DNA of 64,000 nucleotides, taken from the NCBI GenBank assembly GCA_964304625.1, contig OZ199838.1, forward strand, positions 3,080,147-3,144,146, given 5' to 3'. Positions 40,101 to 54,920 of the stretch are shown here, piece after piece. A program made the position numbers and the translations under genes. How positions within the stretch are numbered: the stretch's first letter is position 1; the number at the start of each line of letters is the position of its first letter. The notes under the pieces are model-generated. The model saw only the letters and a list, made by a program, of their open reading frames with translations. It made no database searches and was not told where the DNA came from. Origin of the DNA: Kudoa neothunni. Its lineage: Eukaryota > Animalia > Cnidaria.

Positions 40101-42476
40101 TTGGCTTCTGATTATTAATTTTGGAGAAATCATATTTGATATGAATATATACATATCGGTTAATAACCACATTATAGAATAATATTATGAGTATTACAAT
40201 GTTAATGCTCTTTCGTTATAACGGTAAAGTTAATAAATATTTATAGCTTTTATATTATTGTACACAATGATTTTTATTTATAAAGCAATTGAAGTCTCTA
40301 GTAATTAATTTAACTAATTTAAATGCGTACATAACAGAGAAATATAACTAATTATTTAATCAATTAAACGTTTAAATCACATGACCAATGCTACTGAATT
40401 ATGGAGTTATTAAATTAAATTCATGATGTTTTAGATGGATCTATTAAAGTATGCGTATCGATTTAAATACGAGAAATATGTCCTAATTGAAATTTAATTG
40501 ACAAATCACGTGATTTGAAGTTGAAAATAACGAAAATTTTAACACGAATAAATACACAAGTTATTATCAAACCAAGATAAACCTATATATTTTTTTAAAA
40601 ATAATTTATATGAGGAAGAGCGAGAATTTGATAATATTTTTTCCGTCATCGTCAATACAGAATAATCATCAAAAATATATCTCATTGGTAAAAAATGTAT
40701 GTAACCTAGATTTTTCTTATAAATAAAATATATGACTATTTTTAGGAAATATTATAAATAAGAATACAGAAAAAGTTTTAAAAAAATTTTCCTCAATAGA
40801 TTATCAACACTGCATTGTACACCATAGTGAGTGTTACGCTGCAGGTGGCGGACCCTCACGAACACGATTGAGTTGAAATGGCGTTAGTCAAAACTTTTGT
40901 TACTTTCGAATGAAACAAAGAAGTCCTTTTACTCAATGATTTTATATCGATAGTTAATAAATTATTAAAATATATTTTATACGTGAAAATTTTAGATAAT
41001 TACATTTTTTTTTAATATTATCATACTATTTTATTTTATGAAGTAATTTGTCCTGATTTACTGTTATAATAAAGTAACGCGTTGTAGTATTTCAAAAATA
41101 GTTACATAAAATAATATATAAAACAATATTTTGTGAGGTTGACGTTTAATCAGATTAGCGTAAGCGGGAGGGGCGTGAGAGTAACCGACTGGTGTTTAGT
41201 ATAACTAAGTAACGGTATTGAATCCTGCATTGTGATAGTGTTTGATCGCAACAAATTGTCCCATGATAAGGAATAATGTAATGCACAATTGATTTCGTTC
41301 GAATTACGCGGGTCCACATTTAATTGTTGTGTTAACGTATGCGCGAGAAGATGACACCGATTCTAACGTTGTTCCAAATTTTTTCGTATACTTTAATCAG
41401 TTATGGCAGTGTTAGCCCGCAAGGGATGGGGGAATCATTCAAGAATAAATTTAAAAATTAATCTTAGTTTATTCACTACGAAAGTTTCGTTAGTCCCCGT
41501 TTAAATCAAGTAAGGACGTGATGCATGTAAGAATATTTTTGGTTGTTTTGATATCAATTGGTTTCCATTCAAAAAGTGGGATATGCGAATTTATTTAACT
41601 TATAATTTATTTTAATCGATTCTACGAAATAACGCAGTATGGTAATAGTTTATATTAAGCCTTTTCAGCGTACAAAATCTAACTATTGCTATTTTCATGT
41701 AAAATCGTAACTTTGTTACCTTTCAACATAACGTATTTATATGTTTAAGCTGTAATTAGGTTTTCAACATTTTTGTCTACTTAGAAATAACCTATATCCA
41801 CAAAAATATAACCACTGTTTTATTTTAACTTTGTATTCTGTCTAAATTTGAGATCCATCATTTATTTGTATAGTTTTTATTATGTTACGTTTCAAGTTTT
41901 ACTTTCGAATTTGTATTTTGCCTCTGATATAAATCTAGGATCAATTGTTCTTTAAAGTATAGGTAAAACAAGGATCAAAGCATTCATTTATACACATAAA
42001 TAAATGAATGCCAATTTTAACAACATATATTAGTTATTTTAGTCAAGTATATTTAGACGGCATATTTTTTGAATCTATTGAATTTTTATTTACAACCGCC
42101 TCAAAATCTAAGTTAACATATGACTCTACATAGAATAAGGAAGCCGTTAAATTTGTTCAGCACAAGATAACATATGAAACAAGCTTATTGACTTAATTAT
42201 ATACAAATAATAAGTGTTGGAATTCATAAAACCCCCAAAAACGAGTTTCATGTTTCATAGTCCAATAAAATTATTCTTAGTGTCATCGAAAATTTTAATC
42301 ATAATTAAGAGTAAATAAGACTTATTATCAGTCGAATTTCTATAAAACCACTCTAAACATCACAATTTTAGATCTCGCTATCTGCCCCGCAACAATCAAC
42401 ACTTCATAGTAGAAGGTTTATAATTACAACGAATGCGCCCAGATTAACAAGAAAACATGCATCAATCGTAACACTT

Positions 42477-45400
42477 CTACATATAACAATAAATTTCTTC
42501 CAAATTTACGATATGGTAAGAATTTTGTTCCAAAAATTGATTTATTCTTGAATGAACGTGATTCAGCTGAGTCTTGTATTCGCCAATGTAACATTCAACA
42601 GGTGGGGCATCTAAATCCATATGTAACCAGCGCTGAAATCGTAGAATAGCAGAATACTAGTACCTCTACTCTGATTGACTAGCATTTTGTAGTTGTCAAT
42701 GTCAAACAATCTTTTCATGTTAATCAACTGAAAATAAAGCTGTTTCTCGTTGTACTGGTGTTGAATAAAAAAAATAATTACTATTGCTAGAAATACAAAG
42801 TGAAATACTTCTTCCTTGAGTTCTCCATAGCAACAGGAGGGGCATTTAGGACTTTTGAAAAATCCAACAGAGAAAATATCTCTACAGCTGAAACTACAAA
42901 TTGGATTGTTACAACTAGCAAATCCAGAGTAGTAGGTGGTGACGCAGTGATGGATAAGTTGATCAACATAGTTGCAAATGTTGGCGACATTATAATCATT
43001 ATGGCAGTAATCACATTTAAGACCAGAAGAAAAATTGATCAGCTGGTCGGTCGATTTGGTTTCCTATCAACCAAAACCAATTTAATTATAATTTATAAAT
43101 TTGCCAATCAACATTCTTACTCTAACAACACCCACAAAATCAACTTCTTTATCATACTCACTGCAAGATTGGTTGTAGCATTTAACTTTTATGGGTTTGA
43201 CCTAAAGAAATATGATAGAGAACTATTTTTGAAAAACAACAATATCACCTTAACAGATTCGCAATCGAGTTTACCGAATAAAACTTGCTCCAACGAATTG
43301 ATATTTTTTCCGTTGATATCTGTGAATGATGTTGACTGAGAAGAAACTGGATTCGATGTTCTAAAATCAGAAATTCCTAGCGAACGCGCTATTTCTTGCG
43401 ATGTCAATCCTTCAATACACTCACACAGACGAGAAATCACTGAGAAAACTTGATTTTTGATATAGTAATTGTAATCTAGCCAAGTCCAAGTTGAATAGTT
43501 AGAAAAACACCAAAGGCTATTTAGTTCAGAAACGAAAAAATAGTTTACCTATTTTCAAATCACTCTGACTCATTTCAGACAAATGATAAGCTCGCTGCAT
43601 AGCAGAATTTGTAGTGCCATCCTATATATGTTTTAATAATTATCATATAATTATATTTTTGAGCATCATAAATTGAAATATGTTAATGATTAGTCCCAGT
43701 TGAACGAGATTCTCCGGAGCCTCAACAAAGAAACAACAAAATGAGTATATTGGAGTTTTAACTGCTTGGCAAATATTTTTAATTTAATTATTTTTATTTT
43801 GAAATCCCAACAAGAAAATATTCCCCGATTAGACATAATAAGTCCAAAATATGATAATAACAGAATATTCTAACTTTACAGTAATAATTTAATGATTATA
43901 TTATTTTAAGTAATATATAGGATTCTAATGGGGAAATAATAAATTTATACATATTATTAAAAATAAACGACGTAAATTGTTAAAAATGAGTAAATATTGT
44001 TTCTTTAATCAAATTCTAACTAATGCTACAAATTATTTTATAAATCATACAATAGATAATTTGTGTAAACTTACTTAAAAGTTGCATAGTCATTACGACA
44101 ATCCTTATTATGATTAATTAAAATAAGCCATAATATGTCCTGCGTTAATCAATATTTTGTTTGTCAAGTTCACGAAATCATTACATTTTATGTATATAAA
44201 TAAAATAACTTAACTCAACGATCAAGAGGTCGACTCACTTAACCTTGAATGATAGGGTTATCACAATTAATATTTGAGTATAACATCAAACACGATAATA
44301 ATACTTTCTATGCAAAAATCTGTAACATATATTAACCCCTAGTAGGTGACTTTGGGCTCCAGGAGCCCAACTGAGTAGTAAATTGAGCATAATTCATTCA
44401 AAAAATAGTTTTATTAATTTTTTTCATGTAAATTGTTAAAATTTTATTTTACATCTAGTTGTAAATTCTTAATGAATTCGAAATTTTTTATTTTAAGCCG
44501 ATGTTCCCCATAAAAGGATTATGACAATAACATTATGGTTTATTTTATTTAAAAGCTAATCTCAAAATTGCGCTGTAAGTGCATCAGTGTCATGCTTGAA
44601 TTTATCAAATCAAGTATCTACTGATAAATTATTAATGCGGCTGCTTTTAATTCATTTACCGTGTTTTTTCCAAGAATTTTGGAACATTCGAAAGACAAAT
44701 CTAGCCGCCAACAACAATTTTTAGTGGATTTATTTGCTTCTTTGATTGTAAGCCACCAGAAATGAACAGCTGAATATCAAAAAAATAGAATGTCAACCTG
44801 CCTTTAAGCGTTCTCTTGAAGCAGTTACGTTTAAATTCAATGAGAATAATTCGTCATTCACGGAAAATAACAATATAAATGACCGGAAACGAAGTAGTTT
44901 ATATCCAGCACGTATCATAAGGCGGGACAAACAAGTATGCGATGTGTGTAACAACAGTATATGTAACGAGCATTCAATAAAATAAATTTACCTGTTTTAG
45001 CGCCCCCAAATAAATTATTTATTGTATATCACACATTTTTTATCACGCAATAACGTATTATAGTATGCAAATACAGCTCAAAATATAATTCAATAAAGGA
45101 TAGAAATTAACCCCGGTGGGCTCGTCGAGACCAAGATACCTAAATCGGGAGCGCCAGAAGGTCACCTATTACTATTAAGGGTTGATAGGGAAAAAATTAA
45201 AGGGTATCATTATATCTAACGAGAAAAATGGGATTAAAGTGGTTTTTGCATAAGAAAGATTTTCATTGGAACCAAAGATGGTTTCAAATCCCATAATTTA
45301 ACATGATATAAGATGGTAGGTTTTCTAATATAGTAAAGAAAATAGGGAAATAATATATTTTTAAACAAATATTTATGTTCTATTAGAGAAATTTTAACAG

Positions 45401-48400
45401 AATCTATTGAATGTATGAAAATAAAAATATAAATTAATTAAAAACAAGAAAAACGTATACTTGAATATTAAAAATTAAATATATTGAAATAATCTCCATT
45501 ATTATGTATTATAAATGAAGAATCCTGCAGAATTTACCATTAGAAAATAAAAAAAAATCAATGCAGTGATTAATACATATCCAATTGAAATCTAATAATC
45601 GAACAATCGAATAATAAATGAGGATAATATTATTCATATAATATACTAAAAAATATCGTATTTTAAAAGTTCAAGTGATTTTCCACAAGTTAATAGGTTG
45701 GAAGTTTTTAAAAATACTTAATATTTTATATAAATCCAACTACCAAATAAGTTTTTATTAATTACAATCATAAGAGTATTAAAACTTTATTTTCAATTTA
45801 TGCTTATATCAGCATGCAGAAAAAACTAAATATTTCCTCATGAAATGCTTCTCTTCCATTTTTTAAGTTGAATTTAAAACTTCACGAAGATAGATCTGTA
45901 AATATCATAGAAAATTATTACCAAGCATATCACGTAACGTATCGTGTCACCAACATGGATAGATACACCCTTCTGAATTAGTCGTTTTGCCACAAGAACA
46001 TGAGGCAGAGCCTTATCATTGGCGTATTGGGATGGATGTTTGGTAAGACACTAACGAATAAACAATGTCAAATGCAGAGTTGTTCGAACCAGCATACTTT
46101 GTCGATCTCATAATGGTTGAGCGGGATTTCGTTGTTGAATATTTTCTCTTTTACTACAAAGATATGAGTTCCAAGCTGTTAAATCTCAAAATACAGCCAA
46201 CCAAATGGGACAACACATTTTTGAGTAAGTCGTCGTACGATTGTTCATTAAGTAGCATACCCAGAATAGTGCTAAATATGTCAACAAAATGAGCATTGAC
46301 AATTCGAATAAAACTAACTTTCCGCATGATTTGGCCAAGCTAGACCAGTCATGTCGAATCATATCCAATCCTTTGATTTCCACTTTGGCAGATACTTCGT
46401 CTATTAGTTTAATGCACACATGTTATGCTGAGTAATCTCCAAGGCAAAATTACTGTTGTCCTCTATTTTTATATTCAAAGCCGCATATCTACATGAGTAA
46501 TTAGTTATAGTAACCACGTAAATTGATAAATCAATAACTTTTTCTTCCTTAACAACAAAAATGGCTTATAAATGCCATCCATTTCAAATTCAAGATGTTG
46601 ATAACATCGGCTGACTTTAGTTTTTATCTAAATTCAAAGGATTCATCAGAATCCTAATGGTTGTCTACATTACCTCTCGTCCGATATCCTTAACAACTGC
46701 TATCTCATTGCAGTGTGTATTGATCATGAGTGAATCGGTGTCTCCATAGATAATTTCGTATCCCAACGATTCGACAAGCTCCTTGGTTTTACGGAGAATC
46801 TTATCAAATTAGACAATAACTTTGGGAAATAACGGAGAGTTAAGGTACGTTTCTTCCATGAGCAGTGATGAGAGCCGCAATGTGACTTGCTTGAAATCTC
46901 GACCCAACAAACCCCAAACAACCATACATACTACGTAAAATCATAGTTTACGGCGCCTTAACATAACATTAACGGGATACCTGTTGGCGGTAAGTTTTAA
47001 GGCTTTTTGTCTTATATCCAACTAAATCAATAATTCAGATATAAGTTAGGCGTAAATAATTGGAGCTTTATTTGAAAAAATCTATCAGATTACTTGTTGT
47101 AAATTTTGAGGATTTTTTTCGGATAGAATCAATTTTTTTATATCTTTTCGTCGATCAACCAACTTTCTTATTTCTCTCGGAAGAATTCCGGCCTTATCTC
47201 CACACGAATATGTGTTCAAGTTGAGGTTGGATTCCGTCTCATCGTCATCATCTCTACGAGGCACAGTGGAAAAACACACATTATATTCTTGGATAATCGA
47301 TGGATACAAACTATTAAAATCCATCAACAAAATGTAATTTCGGTAATAGCCTATTTATGATGCATTATGATGATGACGTTTTCCAGTATCAGCGGTACCT
47401 TTTTTTGGTTCTAACACCAAGCCTCCCTCATATTTAGGTTTATAACTAAGTGTGGTTTTATTTCTAATGATTTTGTCTGGAAATATTGCATTACTACAGT
47501 AAGTCGTAATTAACTCATGAGAAGACGATGTACCAACTCACTTTTCCACAAACGCATGCAATAACAAATATTCATTACGATCTGCCCGTCCACTATTGAA
47601 ACATTTTGACTAACGGGGTAAAAATAGCGGTTAAATATTTCGTTGTATAACAACGTCAAACTTACCAAAATAAATCCACATATTGAGGTCAGTTGTAGAA
47701 ACAATGGTAACAACTAAGCAACATATTTAGTCTGTTAACTAAATTAAACATAGAGTTGACTACCTGCAACGAATCACATAAATTATCAAACAACTCGGTG
47801 TCCGACATCAAACTAACCATAACATCCTTCACATCGATAGACGACAAGGATCCAGTATTCTGAGTCTCGTCGAAAGTAACGGCACTGAATGCCAATTTGT
47901 TTTTCAAATTGACATCATAATTGTAATTGGAAACCAACTTTCTGCCAATTTCTAAAAAAGCTTTAAATATTATCGAATAAAAGTACGATTAATAACCATA
48001 GATGGATTGATTTGAAAGGGAAGGTATCAACTCCTTTATCATTGCATTCAAGTCCACAAAACACCGGCCCCACGGCAGCTTATCAATAAAATTGAGATGA
48101 AGTCTTTTGATTTCCACTGCATTTTTGTAGCGTCCCAATTTTGAATAATCGTTTCGATCCAACACTTTAAGTCGATACAGCAAATTCTTCAAGGTAACAT
48201 CGTACAGTTTATAACCCTAATCATATAGCCAAATTAAAATAATCTCAGTCATCCGAATACATGTTATATTTAAACGTTTTTCATGTTATATATATATATT
48301 AAAAATAAGTGTCACTATTAGATTTATTTAATTCATTCAATATAAAGCGTGTTAAAATCTTCAATAAAAAAATATAATTTATAACTTTCGATTTAATGAT

Positions 48401-51400
48401 TGAATATAACTAATTAGATTTTCTTCCGTACATTTAAATAAATTTGTAAACAATCAGTCTGATTAAATATTAGAAATAAAGTTAGAACGAGTACACAATA
48501 ATTTATATGCGTTTAAATAAAAAAATCGCACGATTTACAGCGTCCTAATTTATTTGAACGACGTAAAGCAGTCGCTATATTAGAAAACAAAATGTATTTT
48601 TTATATAATAAATCTGAGCGACATTATTTACGTTTAAATACCAATAAGACGTTAATAACTAAATTAAATTCAACTTATTTAATCGAAAAATAACGTCTAA
48701 ACAAAAATTTACTCATCCCAACGTTCCATAAATTACGTAAAGATAAGTTGAATTTGGCGTAGGAATAATAAATATTTATTTTTGTTGAAAATAATCCATA
48801 AATTAATCTCAACAAAAAGAGATTACACTTAACCATCAAACACAAATTTTTATAATTTAATAAATTTTGAATTTTATGCCTGAAAAAATGTGATTATTCA
48901 TTAAAACCATAAATTTAACCAACTTCGCGATTTTTCGAATTATAAAGTAGACAAAGTATGGTTGGTAATCCCAATGGGGAATCAAAAATTGAAATATACC
49001 AAATCCTGTCACAGGAATCAGTTTTCTGTTTCAAGTTCAAGTTCATATACAAATTCATTATTTGTTTATATTTATATTATTTTGGTTTCATTTTTATGAT
49101 TGCTTTTCGAAAAAAATTTTTAATCCAGCCCTAGAAGTTTAAGAAAATCAAAAATTTGGCTCGCCAACTAAAAACATTGGTTACCCCTGTATAAAATAAT
49201 AGAAAGCAATGGAACACTGTAATTTTTTAGTCAGATTAAATAAATAAAAATGAAATTCGAAATTGATATTAAATAACTTGTGTATTTTATCAATTTTTTA
49301 ATAATCTTTAAAGAAATCAGTGTTTATAAGGTTTAAAATTATTAAATTAGATGTTAATGTATTTTCCTAACATTACAAAATTTAAAATAGCTAGGATGGT
49401 ACAATAATCAATTAAGTTAGAAATTTGATTCAAATACAAAATACATACGATGAGAAATTCTGGATTAGTTTCGGCCATTAAAGCCAAAAACCAATTCAAT
49501 AATTGCGATTCATTGTTAGAAATGTGAAATTCGTCAGCAATCCTCATCATTTTAATCCTTTCCAAACTTTCTTTATTGTAACACTCAGCATTAACCCCAA
49601 TGTGTCGTTTGACGGAGTTTGTTTCGGTAGAGTGAAATCGAAGACAAATAATTGAAATATTTTTTTCAGTATTATTTGAGATGGGTTGTGTTGATATTTT
49701 ATGCTCCATATGAACCGCGAGAAACATTTTAGTCTAAAAATACAATTTCAAATCTATTTTATTGAACAAGATACAATCTCTAACTTACATAATCCACAGA
49801 CGAAGGCAATTTGTTGAGTTTATTCGAGTCTATTACCACCATAACGTCATCGAGTTTTTCCACTTTGAGTTGAAGGTTACACCATGTGTCAATTTGACCA
49901 GATTGTTCTAGAAAATTTTTTAACGCGACTTTGAACTCCTCTTTTATTACTGCAGTTGGTAAGCGCCAACCATTGGGGACCTTTTAATTTTGTAGTCAAA
50001 ATGAAATGCTCCAAACTAAAAAATATTTTTAAAATGTAAATATCGATAAATAATTTTTAGCATATTATTCAAACATTACGTAATTCCTTAATCTATTAGA
50101 GACTACCAAAAAGGGTAAAAAAAGGCGCGGTTTATACGATAAACGCTGAATCTCACACAAAATTAATACAGTGCAACCTCGGAGTTCGACCAAAAATTTT
50201 GAGTCAGAAACACTTTTGAGTTCTAGCACACGGAAAGGGTATTCAGAACAAATCCAGTAGGAGCAAAAAAAATAGAGACGACCAAAAATTCTAGAAGGAA
50301 ATTCGCGCAATCAAATTGTGCGAACGTCATTTAAGGAAAACCCTTTATAATATATCGTTTGGCGACCAACAAGTATTTATTCTATGTAACATGTGGATTA
50401 TAAAGGTTGTAATCCATCAATCATGTGCGTGATTGAGAGCAGAGCGGCCTGGCACCACATCCTTTTATTGCTAATAACGCAGGTTCGAATCCCAGTTTTG
50501 AACATGTGTTCCATAGTATATCTCATTTTTATTATTATTAATATTTATTTGTTATATTTTATAAACATGAGGCATGCTTGCTTTTTTAATAAATAAGAAT
50601 AAAAATAGTCATTTATTTGATGAGTGATGTGAATTAAACCAATTTTCATTATTTGACAAGAGGAAATTGATTCGGAGTTCGAACACACTTCTAGAACGGA
50701 TGATGGTCAAAGTCCGAGGTTGCACTGTACGAAATGAAACTTGGAATTTGAAATTTTTTTTAATAATAATAAGTTGGTTACAAATAGTTTATATAATTGA
50801 TTATTCACAAAATTTAAAGTTTAGGTTGTTTCAGTTTCATTTCTTAAAAACTCAGCGAAAGCAACAACAAACTCACATTTATTAGTTAAAAACTCTTTAC
50901 TTATCACAGAAAAAAATTCAAAGGATTTTTAGAAAGACAGCATAAATTCTACCATCGTATAACGAATTATTATTCTAAGACATCATCATAAACCCAAACC
51001 TCTTAATAAAAACTAAGAACGCAAAAAATATAAATTATTTAAAATCATAAAACTCATTAAAAATTATAAAATTTGTTCGAAGAACAAAATTAGGCGCAAA
51101 AAAATAATAATTAGTCTAAGATTCAAAATTATAAACCTTCCATATAACCATAATGCGACTGAAATTTCTATGAATGAATTATATTTTAAATAAATATGGT
51201 AATATAGTAGATAAACTATATGATTCACCAGAAAAAAACTTATTATCTATTTCCCTGCGACGCAAGGGGGAAAATTATAATTAGGGATCACCGTTATTGA
51301 TGGAATTCAATTAAAATCGATTTTCGTCGTTGAATTTTTAAAAAAGTTTCGACATTTATTTTTCATGAACAGTTGAAATATCTCGTTTTAATTTGAAAGG

Positions 51401-53609
51401 GGTAGTAACTGGTGGGAAATTGATATTTTTCTTGTTGAATGGATCGACTTAGCGGAGATGTAAAACAAATTAGCCTGTAAATATTGCCAAAAGAAATTCA
51501 CTTCGACAAAATAGAAATCACGAGAAAATAAAGTCAAAGAAACTAAACTCATTAAAAAAGCATTTCAAGACATTTCTCTTCCGGTTATTTTTTTAGAAAT
51601 AGAAAAAATGGCAAGGTTACGAAAAATTGAGAAAAAATAGGTTTCTAATATTGTTCTCCCATTATTGCCATTTGTTAAAAAAAGATTTGGGGGATTTCTC
51701 CCAATTTTTTTAAATTAGAGCTGCTCAACATAAGCGCATACGCAATGCTAAACCAACAATAATAAACATCGATTTTAGTCACCGAATATTTTAGAAATGG
51801 ACACCTCTAATTAAAATTTATAATCGATTGTGACGAATTAACTTTAAATTTATAATTTCCTCCGTATAAAGAAACATATTTAATTTATTTTAACGTTTAT
51901 AGATAATTTTTAAAAAATATTATAACAAATTTTCACACAATATCCTATAGATCTGTTTACCGTTCATCGAAATTTAAAAACAACTAACCATCAGAAATAA
52001 TTCGATATTTTTAGTACAAATTTAAAAATCACGAATCGAAATTAGGATTATACAAAGACAGATATTCATTACTTAAAATTATCTGTGAAATTATTCAGAT
52101 AATAATGAATTTAAAACACTTACTATAGGCTGCGAAAAAAAATCTTAACGAATGATTTTCATCAAACTAAAAGAGAAAAAATCTTACCATGAATTTGTAA
52201 CGCCATAGAGATGGTCAAAGTATTCTCCGCTATAATCAGCCACTGGTAATGGAGGAAATTTTGACTAAATTTATGACTAGTTATCTAACTATTCGCTTAT
52301 TACTGAGATTACAGAATATGTCACTCGGAGATAGTTTTGTTTCTCGAATATTGTAGCCTCGTTGTTGGAGGACGAATACGCGAAATCCTTGGATACTACC
52401 TCATGTCGGAATGATGTGACGGAATGTTTCTTTAGTAACAGTCCAACTTCCTAACAAAAGCAATTAGGCATAACAACCTGTGGCCTAAATATATGATATA
52501 CCGTCACAATATTGGTCCGATCGTCTTCCTATATGAAATTAATTAAGAAAGCTCACAATAAATGCTGTAAACATTATTATTTTTCAGATGGAAATATAAC
52601 TGGCGAGGTATATCCTCAACCACCACACTACAATTGTACAGCTTTCCAGATGGAAGAAAGACTTTTCCAAACAAGTAAACATTAGTGTGGCTAGGTCGAC
52701 CTTTTTGGAAGGGCGCTTTCGCTTCGATAGCATCGAACCAATAAAAAAATACTTTTTCTACAGATTATATAGTAAAAAATACAAACACCCATCATATATA
52801 ACTGTCAGAATCGAGAATATCACACAACTTTGGAACAGTGGACGGTTGATCACGAAGCGAAGACACACTCTCAACCTCTACAACCAAGTCCTCTGCAAAT
52901 GCTTCATTCTATCGATCACACTTACAATCAATAATACAAATCAAAGTTCCTCTATACCGATGACATATTCTCAAGTATACTGTTGAGTATAGCATCGGTT
53001 TCCAATTGTTCGCTCATGTCCACAGATTTCTGTTCGTTGTGGTGGTTTTTAATGCCAAGATCAATAGCAGATGGCATCAGTTTAGGTATTTTGGGAGTTA
53101 TATTTTTATCACTTGTCCCATCATTGTCATGCGACGATCGTTTAAACATGTCAATCACACTTTCCAATTCTTTATTTGACACAGTACCATAGTAGTCGTC
53201 GATTTCATCTATGATTCAATTATAGATTGCTGATGAGCAGTGGAGTGAAATGTATGATATAGTGTACCATCATCTACAATCCAATCTTTCAGATCATCGT
53301 CGTGAGAAGGTTTTAGGAAAAAATCCGCCCCGCTGTTTGTTCGCTGTTCGACTGTGTAATCAGATTCGATGTCGGAAGTGTCCTAGGAGTTGGGAATTAG
53401 ATGGGGTTAAAATTGAGGCAGTGAAGCATTATAATAACAATAATAATAATAATAATGAGGTGGTTTAGATGTTCAAACCTCAATAACAACTTTCTTTCCA
53501 GTTTCTCTAGCCTCTCTGTGAGTTTTATGTTATCACTTTTTTTAATTACAAATTTTAAATACTTAATCTTATCGAGAAGCTTTTTCGCTTTTTCCTTTTT
53601 TGAGGTCAT
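42477..53609 (-). CDS. POLA1: DNA polymerase alpha catalytic subunit
   Basis: N-terminal DWIVDD and family-B motifs DFNSLYPSIIQEYN, KALKLTANSMYGCLGF, YGDTDS and KGLDMIRHDW. Then GDTIRYVICL|DGTTNSAMQRAY and both C-terminal Cys4 sites, ending NSYHIVNLEEIYCYM*. The gene has three kb-scale introns. Confidence 0.96.
44336..45181 (+). mobile_element. Internally deleted piggyBac element inside a POLA1 intron
   Basis: TTAA|CCCCTAGTAGGTGAC ... GTCACCTA..AGGG|TTGA. Coding relics INAAAFNSF and a Cys-rich tail RKR...KQVCDVCNNSICNEH. Confidence 0.75.
50169..50727. mobile_element. Tc1/mariner-type MITE inside a POLA1 intron
   Basis: TIR CAGTGCAACCTCGGAGTTCGACCA with a 22/24 match at the other end, and TA on both flanks. 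Confidence 0.8.
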
Positions 53610-54465
53610 CCCTATTGTAGGTAGCTTTATGTAGGCAACTGTCCGCGCCTTTATGCGCCCGTGTGAAAACATTGATTGATTTTATCAAAAGTCTGTATCG
53701 TTAACATTTCATTCTTAATAGACTTTTTTTAAAGTTATCATAATTTATGTTTCAAAATATGCAAGGTTGCAAATTTTAAAATTATGGTCAAATCCATTTG
53801 AATGTGTTACTGTCCTTAGAAATTAGTTTCGCGTCCATATTTATATAATTCTTAATCGAATCAATATTGGTTATTGAATTGCGGGGATTTAATCTAGTAA
53901 TTGTTCCAGTGGAAAATTCGTACTAATACTGAAATGAGGAAGAAGTCGCACTACATCGTTTATTTTCGGGCGTGTTTTTAATAGGCAGTGGCTATTGCAA
54001 GAGGAGGGAATTACTCCTAAACTAACATGTTTATAAAAATTCAACTTCATTTTCCTAATGAATGATTTTTTTGCTAAAAAGTTAAACTATTTAAAGAAAT
54101 CCAAGACAACAAATTTTCTTATTTTATGATAATGAATTCGGTGGTTAAAAATTATTTTTAAATCTTTCATTTGCATTTTTTAAGTTATAAATATAATTGC
54201 ATTTGTCCTAATTCTGGGTAATATGGATAGTCCAAAGTGAAACATCAAAAATTACTAATGTAAATTTAGTGGGATGCGTATGATTCAAGCAGCGCTATAA
54301 CGCCTAAAGTGATAGGATAGATAATGCGCTGTTTACATAACCCCTAAATTGTTATATTTTTTTCTTTTGCGAGTCTAATATTCTACATATTAATTGAGTT
54401 TTCTTTTCGATATATAATTAATTTTTTTATTTTTAAAGAAATACCAACAACTGTTAATGTGGACA

Positions 54466-54920
54466 CTTTTTTTTTGTCTACAGGGTAAAACCCCTGGCGC
54501 AACTTATTAAGTTGTGGAATTCTGGTTGGTCAGACCTCTTCCATTAACGCTTTAGGCACCGCAGGACGTAACATGAAACCTCGTCGCTTATCTTTATGTG
54601 GTAGTGTGGGACTTTAATTCATTAAACATCCTCGTCTCAGGGCGACCACTACCCCAAACCCTATCCTATCTATCCCTTTAAGGACGTTGGCTCGGTGGGG
54701 ACTGCAAATTACTTGCCTTTCGATGGGTTCCGGAGATTCAAACTCCTAGTCATACTCACTCCACTTCACAGCGAACGCACACTTTAACCACAGCTCCTAA
54801 GTAAGTAAGGGATAGAGACCCACCGACACGGAAGCATTAATCTGACCATCGGCGGATTCGAACCATTACCTCAAGGTTCTGAGTCCGAGTGTCACACCGA
54901 TATGCTATCTGTCCTCGGCC
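54466..54920 (-). mobile_element. tRNA-derived SINE-like element with two tRNA-related heads and an A-rich tail
   Basis: GC-rich island. The minus strand has A-box TAGCATATCGG with B-box GGTTCGAATCC, then a second A/B-like pair (TGTGGTTAAAG, GAGTTTGAATC). It ends in 3' hairpins and an A run. Confidence 0.6.

Noticed and set aside
42477-43620. Apparent separate gene(s), including ORFs 42787-43014, 42800-43339 and 43189-43440
   Set aside because: These overlap the POLA1 C-terminal exons beyond a 2.3-kb intron. Both Cys4 sites are present, so there is no domain loss.
53229-53252. Hammerhead ribozyme core (CTGATGA...GAAA)
   Set aside because: Stem II and the flanking stems cannot form. It lies antisense within a short POLA1 intron.
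54845-54920. Functional tRNA gene
   Set aside because: A and B boxes are present, but the acceptor and anticodon stems do not pair properly. Treated as a SINE head.
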